DNA of 60,393 nt, filler included. It is 5 parts of 5 records of this genome, joined end to end, with 100 filler letters (N's around TTAATTAATTAA, not from the genome) between each part and the next. Parts side by side here need not be neighbours in the genome. Positions count along the whole stretch, not along the records: positions 26,470 to 32,831 come from SRR20825019_1502; positions 32,932 to 48,553 come from SRR20825019_1504; 3 more parts are not named here. One strand, 5' to 3'. Position numbers and translations under genes: made by a program. Shown here in pieces: positions 32,262 to 42,725 of the stretch (within the stretch, counting starts at the first letter, position 1; each line of letters opens with the position of its first letter). Under the pieces are notes generated by a model. That model made no database searches. It was not told where the DNA came from and saw only the letters and a program-made list of their open reading frames with translations.

Positions 32262-32831
32262 AATTGATTTGAAATGAAGGCGTGTTTTCAAGAATCCCTT
32301 CAAAATCTTTAAAATGGAAAATGTGGGAGGAGGGGGAAAATGTGGGTAGTATTGAAATGGAAGCCAGAAACAAGAGTGTTTTTTTTGAAAACACAACAAC
32401 AACAACAGAGGAAAGGAGTGAGTTGTCACTGAAAGTAGTGTAACACGCAAGTCACTTTTCTGTTCTTTTTTTGTTATTCGTAGACAACAAATCACCCCAC
32501 CCCCAACCCTTTGAAACTTCACATCATCGTGGACACATCGAAGAGAGAGGATCAAAGATATGGCAGGTGATGACGATTGATGGCAATGTTGATCACGACG
32601 ATATTTTGAGCACGACGATATGCGTATGTTGATGCATGATGATAATGTTGTTGTTGTGATGTCGACGTATAAAATTGTGTGTGTTTTTTAAAAGATAATT
32701 AAAAACAATGCACCATTTTCATGGACATAATTTTTATTTTGGTCAAGATATAATAGTGGTGTAGGTGGTGTGTGGTGTAGGATGATGGATGAGTTCAACA
32801 TCCTCGCTGTAGGCTGGGAGCATGAAGACAC

Positions 32832-32931
32832 NNNNNNNNNNNNNNNNNNNNNNNNNNNNNNNNNNNNNNNNNNNNTTAATTAATTAANNNNNNNNNNNNN
32901 NNNNNNNNNNNNNNNNNNNNNNNNNNNNNNN
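32832..32931. other. Artificial contig spacer
   Basis: N44-TTAATTAATTAA-N44. Confidence 0.98.
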
Positions 32932-33198
32932 ACTCATGATTGAAAGGATTTATGCCCAAATAGGGCTGTTAAAAAATAATTGAACTCTTGATTTAAAAGC
33001 TGAGCCACATTCCCTAGCACTCACGTCACAAAGGCCGAAGGCATCGGATTTACTTATGGTATCCGGAGCGTCTTCCTTTTTTTGATTTTTTTGTGCTGCT
33101 TCCGATACATGGGATGTGTAGGATTTCATGGTTTTTGGTATTTGATTTACTTCCAGTAGCGCCATCGCTGTCACCTTTTTTTTGATGCTAACTGATGT

Positions 33199-33289
33199 AC
33201 GGCATCCCTTGCTGTGGGAGCCGTATAAAAAAGAAACCCCTCCGAGGGGAGGGGTCTGGCTTTATGCCGGCTACAGGAAGGGATGTTGT
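33199..33289 (+). other. Long imperfect stem-loop (ssDNA or RNA structure)
   Basis: Nested pairings ACGGCATCCCTT/AAGGGATGTTGT, AGCCG-TATAAA/TTTATG-CCGGCT, ACCCCTCC-GAGG-GGAGGGGT. Confidence 0.7.
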
Positions 33290-33985
33290 TGTTTTGCCAC
33301 CCAAAAAAGGAGGGACGGCTGGCTTAGCCAGGAAGATCAATTACGAAATAGGGGAAGTTCATATACCAGGAAAGCAGTACAAAACAAATAATAGGAGTCT
33401 AACCCTCATATAGAAGGTCACAGATGTAGTTTGGTGTGCCCACGAATAGCTGAGGTATTATTGAACTTAATGTACGATGATTGGCCAATTTGTACAGCAA
33501 CTAAGTGGTTTTATGTGAGCAGTTTAACAGAAGATATCGGATTTATAAAGTGAATTTTAATAAGACGAAATTTTAGTGGATAGAGACCTGGTTCGATAAA
33601 AGGAGGATACACCCGACATTACACAATAAAACGATAAAGGATTTGAAAGCGAAATGTATAACCAAAAATCAACGGCAAGACTCTTACTGACTGTCCTGTT
33701 TTTTGTAGCAAGTCCAACTACCTTAAGTACTATTGTGGAAAACTATAAGGTATCCTTGACTAAAAAATACGTTAACCCTATCGCCACTCTTCAAGTTGGT
33801 TGCTTAAAACAATAAACGGATGAATTTTTCATTGGAATTGAAACAATATGTAAGAAATCTTTAAACATTGTACGAAAAGGTTGTAGTTAAATATTATAAA
33901 TAAAACAGTAAAAGTGAAAAATACTTATCATGTTGCTATTTTTAAAATAAAATAATTAGTTTTATATGAATATCAGCCAAAACCA

Positions 33986-34558
33986 ATGCCAGAAAAAGAC
34001 CAAGAGTTGCTCTTTCGTCTTAGAAAAGATGATGTGATTGCTTATGAGGAGATTTACTCTAAATATGCAGAAAGACTTTTTGTCTATGCAATGAACATCT
34101 TCAAACAACAAGAACTTTGCGAAGATATTCTTCAAAATGTATTTATTCAGCTATGGGTGAAACGAAAGGAACATAAGGTTACTCATTTAAAAGCTTATTT
34201 GTACCAAGCGGTAAAGTTCCAAATTTTCAAGAAGTTGCGTAACCAACGTTTTACCGAGACAGATTTGACCAGGTTAAACCTAATTGATGCATCATTGAAT
34301 GTTTCCAGAAGAATGGAATATGATGAATTGGAGTCATGGATAGAGAAACTGGTGGATAATCTAAGTCCAAGATGTAGGGAGATTTTTATCATGAGTCGAT
34401 TTCAAGAAAAGTCGAACAAAGAAATCGCCGAAGAATTGGGTTTGTCCATACAATCCGTAAAAAACCAAATAAGCAAGGCCCTCAAGATTTTAAGGCAACA
34501 AATTTCACCTGAACAAATAGTCTTTAGCCAATCCCTGTTCTTCGTCTTCTTTATATAA
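33986..34558 (+). CDS. ECF sigma-70 factor (Bacteroidota FecI-like)
   Basis: EDILQNVFIQLW, LKAYLY, LSPRCREIF..SR...SNKEIAEELGLSIQSVKNQISKAL. Confidence 0.93.
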   Translation: MPEKDQELLFRLRKDDVIAYEEIYSKYAERLFVYAMNIFKQQELCEDILQNVFIQLWVKRKEHKVTHLKAYLYQAVKFQIFKKLRNQRFTETDLTRLNLIDASLNVSRRMEYDELESWIEKLVDNLSPRCREIFIMSRFQEKSNKEIAEELGLSIQSVKNQISKALKILRQQISPEQIVFSQSLFFVFFI

Positions 34559-34748
34559 GAACAAGTTTCTGATATATTTAGCATTGTCCTTTTGTGCTTA
34601 TTATAATGTCAATTTTATGCATAAATAAAATGTGCAATGACAAAAAATACACCTTAAAATTAAAAATAATGTAATCTCAACAGGTACCTTTTGATACGAT
34701 TTGGTACTTAGTATACAGAAGGACAATATGTTCAACTAAAAGAGCTAC

Positions 34749-35909
34749 ATGAGACACCTAAGTAAAAAAGAGGCCAAAAGCTTATTTGAAAAGTACCTTA
34801 ACGGTAAATGTACTGTTGCGGAAGAAGAGCTATTGGAAAGTTTTTTGGAATCATATCAAGATGACAGACATGATTGGTCTGACTTGGATTTTAATGAGAC
34901 CATAAAGCAGCAGGTTTGGGAAAGGTTGAAATCGAAGGTCATTACTAATGAAGAAGGTAGCGTGAGAAAAATATATAGTGCTTCTTGGCTCAAATATGCA
35001 GCTGTTTTTATCGGATTGACCCTCGCCTTCATGTCGAATTACTTATTCAGCATCCCAAAGGAGGAGCTTAATAAAATGGAAGGTGAAATGATAGTTCTTC
35101 AAACAGGAAAGGGAAAAAATAACCTCAATGAAAATAGGGCAGGGGAAATTACCAATGAATCTGGAAAAGTCATAGCATACCAACATAAAGGAGTACTTAC
35201 TTATAAGAAAGATAGTACTATCAAGGACATTGTTTATAACGAGATCAGTGTCCCAAAGGGAAAGACCTTTAAACTGGTCCTTTCGGACGGTACGAACGTC
35301 CACCTAAATGCTGGCACAAGATTAAAGTTTCCGGTCAATTTTTTACCCGATGGAAATAGAAAGGTATTCTTGGCAGGCGAGGCATTCTTTAAAGTTGAGC
35401 GAAATGAGCAGCTTCCTTTTATAGTTATGGCCAATGAACTGGAGGTTGAAGTGTTGGGCACACAATTCAATGTGAGTTCTTATGAAGGATCTACATATCA
35501 TACCGTATTGGTTGAAGGTAGTGTAAAGGTCAGTAACAATGGTGCTAAAGCCGTCAATTTTGCTCCCATGGTGATAAAACCAGGTCAGAAGGCCTCGTTG
35601 GTTCATGAAGGACTGAACATAAATGAGGTAGATGTAGAGGATTATATTGGTTGGACCAAAGATATACTCATTTTCAATGACGATTCATTTACGGAAATCA
35701 TTCAAAAGATAGAACGCCGATATAATGTAGAAGTTCAAAATAATTATACTGAATTGGATAAGGCTCGCTTTCACGGTAAGTTTAAGGAAGAGTCAATCAT
35801 AGACCTGATGGACACGTTCAAAGAAAGTGCAGGCTTTGATTATAAAATCGGTGACGGAAAAATAATAATAAACAAAAAACTAGATGCCTATGATGATATG
35901 AACAGATAA
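34749..35909 (+). CDS. FecR family anti-sigma factor
   Basis: Single TM, LSDGTNVHLNAGT, GEAFFKV, VLGTQFNV, LVEGSV. Confidence 0.93.
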   Translation: MRHLSKKEAKSLFEKYLNGKCTVAEEELLESFLESYQDDRHDWSDLDFNETIKQQVWERLKSKVITNEEGSVRKIYSASWLKYAAVFIGLTLAFMSNYLFSIPKEELNKMEGEMIVLQTGKGKNNLNENRAGEITNESGKVIAYQHKGVLTYKKDSTIKDIVYNEISVPKGKTFKLVLSDGTNVHLNAGTRLKFPVNFLPDGNRKVFLAGEAFFKVERNEQLPFIVMANELEVEVLGTQFNVSSYEGSTYHTVLVEGSVKVSNNGAKAVNFAPMVIKPGQKASLVHEGLNINEVDVEDYIGWTKDILIFNDDSFTEIIQKIERRYNVEVQNNYTELDKARFHGKFKEESIIDLMDTFKESAGFDYKIGDGKIIINKKLDAYDDMNR

Positions 35910-35913
35910 AAAA

Positions 35914-35941
35914 ATCGGGAAGTGGTGCAACACCTCCCGAT
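35914..35941 (+). promoter_or_regulatory. Hairpin in the fecR-susC intergenic region
   Basis: ATCGGGA-AGTG-GTGCAA-CACC-TCCCGAT preceded by an A run. Confidence 0.5.
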
Positions 35942-35993
35942 GATAATTGATTTTAATTGAAATGTTAGTAACTAATCAAAACCATTCAAAATT

Positions 35994-38900
35994 ATGCAAA
36001 AAATAGATTGGTTTCCAGACTTTCTGGAAAATATTCTTAACAAGAACCGAACTATGAAGCTCTCATTTTTTCTTTTGGTGTGTGCCTTGCTCAATGTGCA
36101 AGCGAATACATTTTCCCAAAAAACGAAAATAAATCTGAACGTGGAAAATGGGACCATCCAAAGTGTACTTGAAGAAATAGAGGCAAAAAGTGAATTCACT
36201 TTTTTTTACAAGATAGGTGAGATCAATGAGGATAGAATTGTTTCCCTTGAAGTAAGGAAGAAAAGTATACCAGAGATATTGGATATGATTTTTGCGGGAC
36301 AATACGTCAGTTATTCCATAGTGAAAAATCAAATTGTCCTTAAAAAAACCATCCATCCTATCATCACAAAGAGTGTGGAGGATCAAATTAAAAATATTCC
36401 ACCGCCCAAACCGAAAATTGTTCAACAGACGGTTAGTGGAACCATTGTGGATAACCAAGGGATTCCTATTCCGGGGGCCAGTGTAGTGGAAAAGAACACT
36501 ACAAATGGTGTAGCTGCAGATTTCGATGGTAATTATTCCCTTGAGATTTCTGGTCCGGAATCGGTATTGGTTTTCTCTTCCATTGGTTTTGCCAGACAAG
36601 AAATTACCGTTGGACTGTCAACCACTATTGATGTCGTCATGGTCGAGGATTCACAATCGCTGGATGAGGTTGTGGTCGTAGGATATGGAACTCAAAAGCG
36701 AAGAGATGTTACCGGTTCGGTTGCTTCTGTAGGTACAGAAGATATAGCAGATATACCGATGACCTCTATTGAAGGCGGAATGGTAGGTAGGATTCCGGGT
36801 TTAGATGTGGTTTCTTCCGGAACAGGACCTGGGTCTTCAACCCAATTGCAGCTGAGGGGGCAACGGTCTTTTACGGCTACAAACGACCCCTTGATTATTT
36901 TGGATGGATCCCCATACTATGGTACGTTAAATGATATCAACCCATATGATATTGAGAGTGTTGATGTGTTGAAAGACGCTTCTTCAACAGCTATTTATGG
37001 GGCTAGAGGGGCCAATGGTGTAATCATTATAACCACCAAAAGAGGAGTTACCGGAGCTCCCAGATTTGTCTTCGAAAGTTATGGAGGCCCTATAATGGCT
37101 TATGGTACCATACCTTATGCCAATGGGCCCCAATATGCTGAGATTGCTAGGGAAGCCTATCGGGCCATTGGCGACTATCCAGAAGGAGGTACCAGTGATG
37201 AATATGATGAAATAATATTCGACGAAATAGAAATAGAGAGCCTAAGGCGAGGTGACAATGGTTTAAACTATCAAGACCTGCTCTATGAGCATGGATTTCA
37301 ACAGAAGCACCAATTGACGGTCAGTGGCGGATCGGAAAAAGTAAAGTATAATTTTTCTGGAAACTATTTTCAGCAAGATGGAATAATACCCGGAGAAAAC
37401 TTTGACCGTTACAGTATGAGGACCAATTTGGACTTTACATTTTCACCAATTTTTACCGGAGGAGCTTCTATTCTATTGAATCATTCATACAACAGGAGAA
37501 AGTCAAGTGCGGCGCTGTTTCAAGCATTTCAGTCCAGTCCTCTGGGTAAATTATATGAGGATGATGGTACACCGAGGTTTACAGCAACAGCAGATGGCCT
37601 TTTGTTGAATCCATTGGCAGATTATATTTATGATTCCTACCGATGGGATAATAAAAGTTGGGGAGCTGTTTTAAATGTCTTTGTAGAAGCAAAGATAACG
37701 CCGGATTTGACCTATAGATTAAACCTTGGAACCAATTTCAAGTTAAGAACGATCAAAGAGTCAGCTGGCTATTACTCACTTGCAAGGAACCTTGGAACGG
37801 CCACTGCACAGGTGGACAACTCAGTGGATAATCTATTGTTGTATGAAAGTATCCTCACTTATAATAAACAGTTCAATGAGAAACATCAGTTGACCGTAAC
37901 AGCCATTCAGGGAATTCAAACAACCAGGTTGGAGACAAGTGGAGCAGGGGTAAGTGATCTTCCCTACGAGGATTCAAGATACCATAACCTAGGAAGCGCA
38001 ACCTTGGTGAATTCTGTAAGTTCTAATTTGATCGAAACCAACCTTCTGTCCTATGCAGGTAGACTTTTTTATGGTTATGACAGCAAATATCTTTTAACAC
38101 TGTCCATCCGTGCTGATGGCGCATCACAATTTTCACAAGATCATAAATGGGGGTATTTTCCATCTGCGGCATTTGCATATCGGATATCGGATGAAAATTT
38201 TATGAAAAGCACCAAAAATTGGTTGGATGATCTTAAACTAAGATTGAGCTATGGTGTTACCGGTAATCAGGGAATCAGTCCATATCAAACCCAAGGTGGT
38301 GCAGATAGAAGCGCTTATTCATGGAACGAAGTGCCCGGATTTGGGTATTACCCTACCGAATTGGAAAACAGGAACCTTAAATGGGAAACCACAGCAGTTT
38401 ATAATTTGGGAATGGATTTTAGGTTGTTCGGAGGAAGACTTTCGGGCAGTGTGGATATATACAACACCAATACCTACGATCTTCTTATGTTTCGTAAACT
38501 ACCAATTACCGCAGGGTATGATCAGGTTCTTCAAAATGTTGGTAAAACAAAGAACAAAGGTTTTGAACTATCCTTGAACTCGGTGAACATAGCGGCAGAA
38601 GATTTTAACTGGCGCACGGATTTAACGTTCTTTCGTAACAATACTGAAATTGACGAACTCTACAATGGAACGGTTGATGATGTTGGAAATAGATGGTTTA
38701 TCGGTGAACCAATCGAGGTTTTCTATGACTTTAAAAAGATAGGTATATGGCAAGAGAATGAAAGTGCTGAAGCTGCAAGTTACGGAGAGGAACCTGGCCA
38801 AATAAAAGTTTTGGATGTGGACAATGATGGAGCTATTACCGATGCGGACAGAATGGTATTGGGAAGTCCTCAACCCGATTTTGTGAGCAACATCACGAAT

Positions 38901-39365
38901 ACCTTTAAATACAAAAACTTTGACCTTTCTTTTCAGACCTATATTCGTTGGGGTGGAATGGCTTCAATAGGGCCTTTTGCTCCATTCTCCAAGAAGAGAT
39001 ACAATAAATTGGTTTTTGATTATTGGACACCAACAAACCCAACCAATAATTATCCAAGACCAAATCAGTTGTATGAGGGTAGCGGCTTGTATGGAAGTAC
39101 ATTGACATACAGGGATGCAAGTTTAATAAGCCTTCGCCAGGTTTCATTGGGATACCGTTTCCCGGACTCATTGATCGATAAAACGCCACTTTCAGGAATA
39201 AGACTTTATTTGTCAGGTGAGAATTTGGCCTACTGGACAAAATCCGAAATGCGGGATTTCAACATGAAAGCCGATTTGGCAGGAACTGTTGTTGATGGAA
39301 CAAGAACTATCTCATCTTACCCTGCCACAAGAACAGTTATTCTTGGTCTTAATGTTCAATTCTAA
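35994..39365 (+). CDS. susC: SusC-like TonB-dependent transducer with N-terminal STN signalling domain
   Basis: STN-like region, LDEVVVVGYG, VLKDASSTAIYGARGANGVIIITTK, LKWETT, terminal F. Confidence 0.95.
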   Translation: MQKIDWFPDFLENILNKNRTMKLSFFLLVCALLNVQANTFSQKTKINLNVENGTIQSVLEEIEAKSEFTFFYKIGEINEDRIVSLEVRKKSIPEILDMIFAGQYVSYSIVKNQIVLKKTIHPIITKSVEDQIKNIPPPKPKIVQQTVSGTIVDNQGIPIPGASVVEKNTTNGVAADFDGNYSLEISGPESVLVFSSIGFARQEITVGLSTTIDVVMVEDSQSLDEVVVVGYGTQKRRDVTGSVASVGTEDIADIPMTSIEGGMVGRIPGLDVVSSGTGPGSSTQLQLRGQRSFTATNDPLIILDGSPYYGTLNDINPYDIESVDVLKDASSTAIYGARGANGVIIITTKRGVTGAPRFVFESYGGPIMAYGTIPYANGPQYAEIAREAYRAIGDYPEGGTSDEYDEIIFDEIEIESLRRGDNGLNYQDLLYEHGFQQKHQLTVSGGSEKVKYNFSGNYFQQDGIIPGENFDRYSMRTNLDFTFSPIFTGGASILLNHSYNRRKSSAALFQAFQSSPLGKLYEDDGTPRFTATADGLLLNPLADYIYDSYRWDNKSWGAVLNVFVEAKITPDLTYRLNLGTNFKLRTIKESAGYYSLARNLGTATAQVDNSVDNLLLYESILTYNKQFNEKHQLTVTAIQGIQTTRLETSGAGVSDLPYEDSRYHNLGSATLVNSVSSNLIETNLLSYAGRLFYGYDSKYLLTLSIRADGASQFSQDHKWGYFPSAAFAYRISDENFMKSTKNWLDDLKLRLSYGVTGNQGISPYQTQGGADRSAYSWNEVPGFGYYPTELENRNLKWETTAVYNLGMDFRLFGGRLSGSVDIYNTNTYDLLMFRKLPITAGYDQVLQNVGKTKNKGFELSLNSVNIAAEDFNWRTDLTFFRNNTEIDELYNGTVDDVGNRWFIGEPIEVFYDFKKIGIWQENESAEAASYGEEPGQIKVLDVDNDGAITDADRMVLGSPQPDFVSNITNTFKYKNFDLSFQTYIRWGGMASIGPFAPFSKKRYNKLVFDYWTPTNPTNNYPRPNQLYEGSGLYGSTLTYRDASLISLRQVSLGYRFPDSLIDKTPLSGIRLYLSGENLAYWTKSEMRDFNMKADLAGTVVDGTRTISSYPATRTVILGLNVQF

Positions 39366-39376
39366 AAATAATAGTT

Positions 39377-41008
39377 ATGAAAAGACGTATCAATATAGCA
39401 ATACTAAACATTATAATCGCTGCTTCATTGAGCAGTTGTTCCAGTGATTTTCTGGATGAAGAAAAGATAGTATCCCCGCCGATCAACACTTATTTTACCA
39501 CGGAAAAGGGGTTCAACGACCTTGTCAATTCCAACTATACGTTTACAAGGACGCTGTTTGCCGGGGGAAATAATTTTGCCCCGCTGGTTTTCTTTGGAAC
39601 AGATCTTTGGACCAATGGATCTGATGGAACATTTATCGAGTTCAATGCCTACAATTCCGGCATCCAACCCGCTAATCCGGTTCTTTGGAATTTGTGGTCG
39701 CCTTTTTATCAAGGTATAGCGGCCTGTAATACCGCTATATCTAGAGCAGGTGAAGTAGAGGAAATGTCCGAGAGCGAAATCAATCAAAAGGTAGCGGAAT
39801 CATACTTTTTACGAGCATGGTATTATCATATTTTGGTTGTTCATTTCGGAGGGGTACCCTTGGTAACAGAGGAGGTGACCGATGTGGTAACAACGGCTAC
39901 AAGGGCGTCCGAATCTGAGGTGTATACACAAATTGTACAGGATTTATTATTTGCAGAACAGCATCTTCCCGAAACCCAAGATGATTTTGGTAGAGCCACC
40001 AAGGCTGCCGCTCAAGCTTTATTGGCAAGGGTTTACTTGACCCTTGGGCAAAATGACAATGCTGCAGCGTATGCCGAAAAGGTAATCAATGATTATGGTT
40101 TTTCACTCCTGGACGATTATTCACGTCTTTGGGATGTGGACAATAGAGTGAATTCAGAAGTGATTTGGTCCATACAATTCTCTCAGGATGAAAGACTTAA
40201 TGGTAGTGGAAATGCCTATTTTCTTTACTTTACACCAAGGTATGATCTTCAACCTGGAATGACAAGGGCTTTGGAAAATGATCGTCCATGGCCGCGATTT
40301 GTGGCGACCCGTTACTACTTTGATTTATTGGCTTCTAACCGCGAAAATGATTCGAGGTTTGCTAAATCATGGAAAACGGCTTGGATAGCAAATAATGAAT
40401 CCACCCTCGCAGGTAATATGCAAATTGGTGATACAGCCTTTATTTATGTTCCATGGGACATACCGGATAGTGAAGAAGCAATTTTGGAGCAAAAATACGG
40501 TGTTTTCGATATCAATGATTTGTATGATGGTGAAGATCCAACTGGTTCAAGAGAACTTTTTCCACATATGAGAAAATACAAGGATCCATTAAGACCATCT
40601 ATTAATAGTGGGATAGGGACCAAAAATGTAATCGAAATCCGATTGGCCGAAATGTATTTGATCGCTGCCGAAGCCCATATGAAGGAGGGCAACCTCGCCG
40701 AAGCGGTCGATCATATCAATACGATAAGACATCGAGCTGCATGGCCTGGAAAAGAGTTGGAAATGGAAGTCACCGAAGACCAGCTCGATATAGATTTTAT
40801 CTTGGATGAAAGAGCATTGGAGTTGGGGGCAGAACGGCTTAGGTGGGCCGATTTAAAAAGAACAGGCAAACTTATTGAAAGAGTGCAAATGTACAATGTA
40901 CTTGGAAGGGACAATATTGAAGAAAAGCATTTACTACGTCCTATTCCTAGCAATATGATAGATCGACTTACCAACCGTGAGGAGTTTGAACAAAATCCTG
41001 GGTATTAA
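39377..41008 (+). CDS. susD: SusD/RagB family lipoprotein
   Basis: Lipobox LSSC, FLRAWYY...FGGVP, RLAEMYLIAAEA, ERALEL..E..RWADLKR, QNPGY end. Confidence 0.95.
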   Translation: MKRRINIAILNIIIAASLSSCSSDFLDEEKIVSPPINTYFTTEKGFNDLVNSNYTFTRTLFAGGNNFAPLVFFGTDLWTNGSDGTFIEFNAYNSGIQPANPVLWNLWSPFYQGIAACNTAISRAGEVEEMSESEINQKVAESYFLRAWYYHILVVHFGGVPLVTEEVTDVVTTATRASESEVYTQIVQDLLFAEQHLPETQDDFGRATKAAAQALLARVYLTLGQNDNAAAYAEKVINDYGFSLLDDYSRLWDVDNRVNSEVIWSIQFSQDERLNGSGNAYFLYFTPRYDLQPGMTRALENDRPWPRFVATRYYFDLLASNRENDSRFAKSWKTAWIANNESTLAGNMQIGDTAFIYVPWDIPDSEEAILEQKYGVFDINDLYDGEDPTGSRELFPHMRKYKDPLRPSINSGIGTKNVIEIRLAEMYLIAAEAHMKEGNLAEAVDHINTIRHRAAWPGKELEMEVTEDQLDIDFILDERALELGAERLRWADLKRTGKLIERVQMYNVLGRDNIEEKHLLRPIPSNMIDRLTNREEFEQNPGY

Positions 41009-41032
41009 TCTGTTGTTAAAAAACTGATAATC

Positions 41033-41671
41033 ATGGTTGTTTTAAGATTAAAAGAACCCTTTGGAAAAAGGGTTCTTATACTCCTAATATTCATATTTTG
41101 TTGTTCGGCAGCATATTCTCAACGTTTGGATTCGCCATGTGATAAAGAGAATGTTTCCAAATGGTATAAGAGCAAGGTTTGGATGAATGGCTTACAGTTG
41201 AAGCCGCACAGATCAATCGATAAAGAGGAACTGGCACGTCAATATTGTGCCAATCCCAATTGGTGGGACCAGGCATTTGAATTTCTGGCCTCCCACAATC
41301 TAGAAACCCTTGAACCCGGTCGATATATTATTGATGAGGGAAATGTTACTGCCTTTGTTTCTGAAGGGCCCACAAAGGATATATCGGAAATTAATTGGGA
41401 AACCCATCAAAATTTCAATGATCTACAATACGTGGCCATTGGTAGAGCCGGTATGGGCGTTACGTCATTAAAAACCGCTAGGTATAGTTCCAGTGCTGCC
41501 TATGACCCCAAAAGAGATGTAGAGAACTATAATGTGGAAAACGGAAAATTCTATGTGGCCAGGCCAGGTATGTTCTTCATTTTTTCACCAAAAGACATTC
41601 ATCGTCCTGCCTATAGGAAAAAGGGCCATGATACGATAAAGAAAGTCTTGATCAAGGTCAGGGTTCCATAA
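41033..41671 (+). CDS. YhcH/YjgK/YiaL (NanQ-like) protein with predicted signal peptide
   Basis: ETHQNFNDLQY, FFIFSPKDIHRP, IKKVLIKV; hydrophobic leader ending AYS|Q. Confidence 0.82.
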   Translation: MVVLRLKEPFGKRVLILLIFIFCCSAAYSQRLDSPCDKENVSKWYKSKVWMNGLQLKPHRSIDKEELARQYCANPNWWDQAFEFLASHNLETLEPGRYIIDEGNVTAFVSEGPTKDISEINWETHQNFNDLQYVAIGRAGMGVTSLKTARYSSSAAYDPKRDVENYNVENGKFYVARPGMFFIFSPKDIHRPAYRKKGHDTIKKVLIKVRVP

Positions 41672-41731
41672 AGTAAAAGCTAAAATATTAAAAATGAACT
41701 AATTGAGGTGTTAGTTGTAAAATAAAACATT

Positions 41732-42697
41732 ATGAAAAAAGTATTTTTAACATGTATTGCCATAGTATGTACCGTTGTTGGTCTGCAATCACAGAATGTG
41801 GTGTGGCAACCAGAAACTATCAAATCGTTGACTTCTGAATGGACCGGGGAAAGAACTCCAGATGGTAGGCCCAAAGTCTCAGACCAACTCCTCGAAAGGC
41901 TAAAGACACTTTCCATGGAAGAGGTATGGGGCTCCTTGAGAAACTTTGGATATCATAACCAATTCGAAAATTTTGCCAGCCCATATGAGAATGGTTGGGA
42001 AATATTACATCCGGACCAGGTCATGACGGGCCGGGTAGTTACTGCCCAATTTATGCCTTTGCGGGAAGACTTCAATAAGTACATACAAAAACAGGCCGAA
42101 AAAGAAGGAACTAAAACACCGGTCACTAACTATGCACCCATAAACAAATTGATGAATGGAGATGTCTATGTGGCGGATAGCTATGGAAAAATGGCAGATG
42201 GAACATTGATTGGTGACAATCTTGGAAACGCAATTTATAAAGCAGGTAAAAGGGGGGTGATATTTAATGGCTCATTACGCGATGTTGAGGGGCTTTCGGA
42301 AATAGAAGGATTTAATTTTTGGATTCGCGGATCGGACCCATCGGCGATCAAACAAATGCTGACAGCCAGTGTAAATGCACCGATCCGTATTGGACGGGTG
42401 ACAGTACTTCCAGGCGATGTAGTTCTTGCCAAATCTACCGGAGTAGCCTTTATCCCTCCACATTTGGTGCAAAAAGTGGTGATTGCGGGCGAATTTACGG
42501 CACTTTATGACGAGTATATCAAGTTTGCCATGAATACTAATAAATATGAATACGTAAATGAGCGATTTGTAGTAGATGATGATGTATTGGAGAAGGATTT
42601 CAAGGCATGGTTGAACAAACATCCAAATTTACCAATGCCAAAGAAGGAATTGGATAACTATTTAAAGGAGAGAGAACAAAAGAGGAGAGATAGCTGA
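41732..42697 (+). CDS. RraA/HMG-aldolase family protein 1, secreted
   Basis: Signal LQS|Q; GRVVTAQFMP, GDVYVAD, IGDNL, GSLRD, IGRVTVLPGDVV. Confidence 0.85.
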   Translation: MKKVFLTCIAIVCTVVGLQSQNVVWQPETIKSLTSEWTGERTPDGRPKVSDQLLERLKTLSMEEVWGSLRNFGYHNQFENFASPYENGWEILHPDQVMTGRVVTAQFMPLREDFNKYIQKQAEKEGTKTPVTNYAPINKLMNGDVYVADSYGKMADGTLIGDNLGNAIYKAGKRGVIFNGSLRDVEGLSEIEGFNFWIRGSDPSAIKQMLTASVNAPIRIGRVTVLPGDVVLAKSTGVAFIPPHLVQKVVIAGEFTALYDEYIKFAMNTNKYEYVNERFVVDDDVLEKDFKAWLNKHPNLPMPKKELDNYLKEREQKRRDS

Positions 42698-42725
42698 AAT
42701 CAAAAATGTCTAAACAAATAAGAAA

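Noticed and set aside
32262-32555. N-terminal extension of the 928-aa ORF (likewise 52858-52956 for SMC4)
   Set aside because: Non-ATG starts reading through pyrimidine-rich 5' flank; the first ATGs are at 32261 and 52857
26370-32931. Eukaryote-to-bacterium horizontal transfer or endosymbiont integration
   Set aside because: Eukaryotic and bacterial segments meet only at artificial spacers; there is no physical linkage
33580-33602. Possible IS terminal inverted repeat (GAGACCTGGTTCGATAAAA)
   Set aside because: I found no partner repeat or transposase; resemblance only
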